This document shows positions 62,623-64,000 of a stretch of 64,000 nt of DNA, one piece after another. Position numbers and translations under genes: made by a program. Location of the stretch: NCBI RefSeq assembly GCF_018350175.1, contig NC_058368.1:19284001-19348000 (forward strand). The letters run 5' to 3'. This stretch comes from Felis catus. Taxonomy: Eukaryota. The notes under the pieces were generated by a model. It was given only the letters and a program-made list of their open reading frames with translations, did not search any database and had not been told where the DNA came from. Within the stretch, counting starts at the first letter, position 1, and each line of letters opens with the position of its first letter.

Positions 62623-62840
62623 GGGAGTACCTGGATGGCTCAGTCGGTTAAGCGTCCAACTTTGGCTCAGGTCATGATCTCACGTTTGTGAGTTTGAGCA
62701 CCGGGTCAGGCTCTCTGCTGACAGTTCAGAGCCTAGAGCCTGCTTCGGATTCTGTGTCTCCCTCTCTCTCCCTGTCCCTCCTTCACTTGCACTCTCTCTC
62801 TCTCTCTCCCTCTCTCAAGAATAAACATTACAAAAAAAAA
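62623..62840 (+). mobile_element. SINEC 45 nt upstream of the VPS36 exon 3 acceptor
   Basis: TSD agactcatcaga at 62611-62622 and 62841-62852. Confidence 0.92.
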
Positions 62841-62921
62841 AGACTCATCAGAAATCCTTGTTTTATAGCATTTAATACAGCATCATACACCTTTAAGGTA
62901 CTTAATAATAAAAACAATTTT

Positions 62922-63145
62922 GGGGCGCCTGGGTGGCGCAGTCGGTTAAGCATCCGACTTCAGCCAGGTCACGATCTCGCGGTCCGTGAGTTTGAGCCCC
63001 GCGTCGGGCTCTGGGCTGATGGCTCAGAGCCTGGAGCCTGTTTCCGATTCTGTGTCTCCCTCTCTCTCTGCCCCTCCCCCGTTCATGCTCTGTCTCTCTC
63101 TGTCCCAAAAATAAATAAACGTTGAAAAAAAATTTTTTTTAAAAA
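62922..63145 (+). mobile_element. Young felid SINEC
   Basis: TSD aataataaaaacaatttt. Confidence 0.95.
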
Positions 63146-63277
63146 TAATAATAATAAAAACAATTTTAAAAATTACAATATGAATTTAGTCCTTAAGTAA
63201 ACTGAAGAAAAACTGAATGAAACAGTACTGTGGTGGCATTTTGCTGCATAAAAGAACACAAGAGGTTGAAGAGAAAC

Positions 63278-63590
63278 TGTTCTCCCTCTCTCTCTGCCCT
63301 TCCCCCACTCACGCTCTGTCTCTCTCTGTCTCAAAAATAAAAAAACATTAAAAAAAATTTTTTTTAAATGGGGCGCCTGGGTGGCTCAGTTGGTTATTAA
63401 GCATCCAACTTCGGCTCAGGTCATGATCTCACAGCTTGTGGGTTCGAGCCCCGCATCGGGCTCTGTGCTGAGGGCTCAGAGCCTGGAGCCTGCTTCAGAT
63501 CCTGTGTCTCCCTCTCTCTCTGCCCATCCCCTACTTACACTCTGTCTCTCTCTGTGTCAAAAATAAATAAACATTAAAAAGCTTTTTTTT
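63278..63590 (+). mobile_element. 5'-truncated SINEC with a full SINEC (from ~63370) inserted in its tail
   Basis: CT body and tail, then a new ggggcgcctgggtggctcag head. Confidence 0.88.
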
Positions 63591-63779
63591 AAAGAAACTA
63601 TATCTACCTTTGTTTTTACAGTAGGTACATCTTTTTAAAAGCACTACTTATATGAAAACTTTTTATATATATTCTTATAGGGAAGACAAAAAAAACCCAG
63701 AACAGGTAAATCAAAACCTGGAGTATTCTATATGGGTGATTCTGTGGTTCTATATGGGTGATTCTATATGGGTGAGACA

Positions 63780-63880
63780 CCTGTTCTGTGTCTCCCTCTC
63801 TCTCTGTCCCTCCTCACTCATGCTCTGTCTCTCTCTCAAAAATAAACATTAAAAAAATTTTTTTTAATAAATAAATAAAA
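63780..63880 (+). mobile_element. 5'-truncated SINEC
   Basis: CT body and A tail only. Confidence 0.8.
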
Positions 63881-64000
63881 AGTAAAAGAATTAGACAACA
63901 TTAACAGTTCTAGGGTGTGCCTTACCAACAAGGTCAATATCCGCATGAAAGGAGATTGATTCTTGGGGCTAAAAAGAGTCAGATTTTACAATAGTTAGTG

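Noticed and set aside
1..64000. Prokaryotic-type systems (CRISPR arrays, operons, defence islands) or a foreign insert
   Set aside because: The whole window is consistent with intron-exon felid DNA; no regularly spaced repeat-spacer array or long unexplained ORF was seen

Overview
Mammalian nuclear DNA from a felid (young tRNA-derived SINEC copies of the cat type, plus carnivore L1s). Two genes lie in tandem on the minus strand. THSD1 is complete: non-coding exon 1 in a CpG island near 37.2-37.5 kb, then coding exons at 34191-34248, 28912-29877, 17013-17171 and 8644-10013, giving a 2553-nt CDS (850 aa). VPS36 (ESCRT-II subunit) is present as exons 3-14 plus a 3' UTR of about 3.2 kb; exons 1-2 lie beyond the right edge. 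All coding junctions were placed by hand and are GT-AG and phase-consistent. The rest is mostly repeats: L1, L2, MIR, about 24 SINEC, two LTRs, DNA transposon relics and a U6 retrocopy. I see no novel multi-gene system. The most interesting signals are: a SINE whose target-site duplication copied the THSD1 exon 3 splice donor; a candidate intronic poly(A) site, terminal exon and poison microexon in VPS36 intron 6; a duplicated MEF2 site in THSD1 intron 1; an overlapping uORF at the THSD1 start; and a CpG-island-like coding segment in THSD1 exon 5. Gene and repeat names come from recognition, not database searches, and repeat boundaries are approximate unless a TSD is cited.
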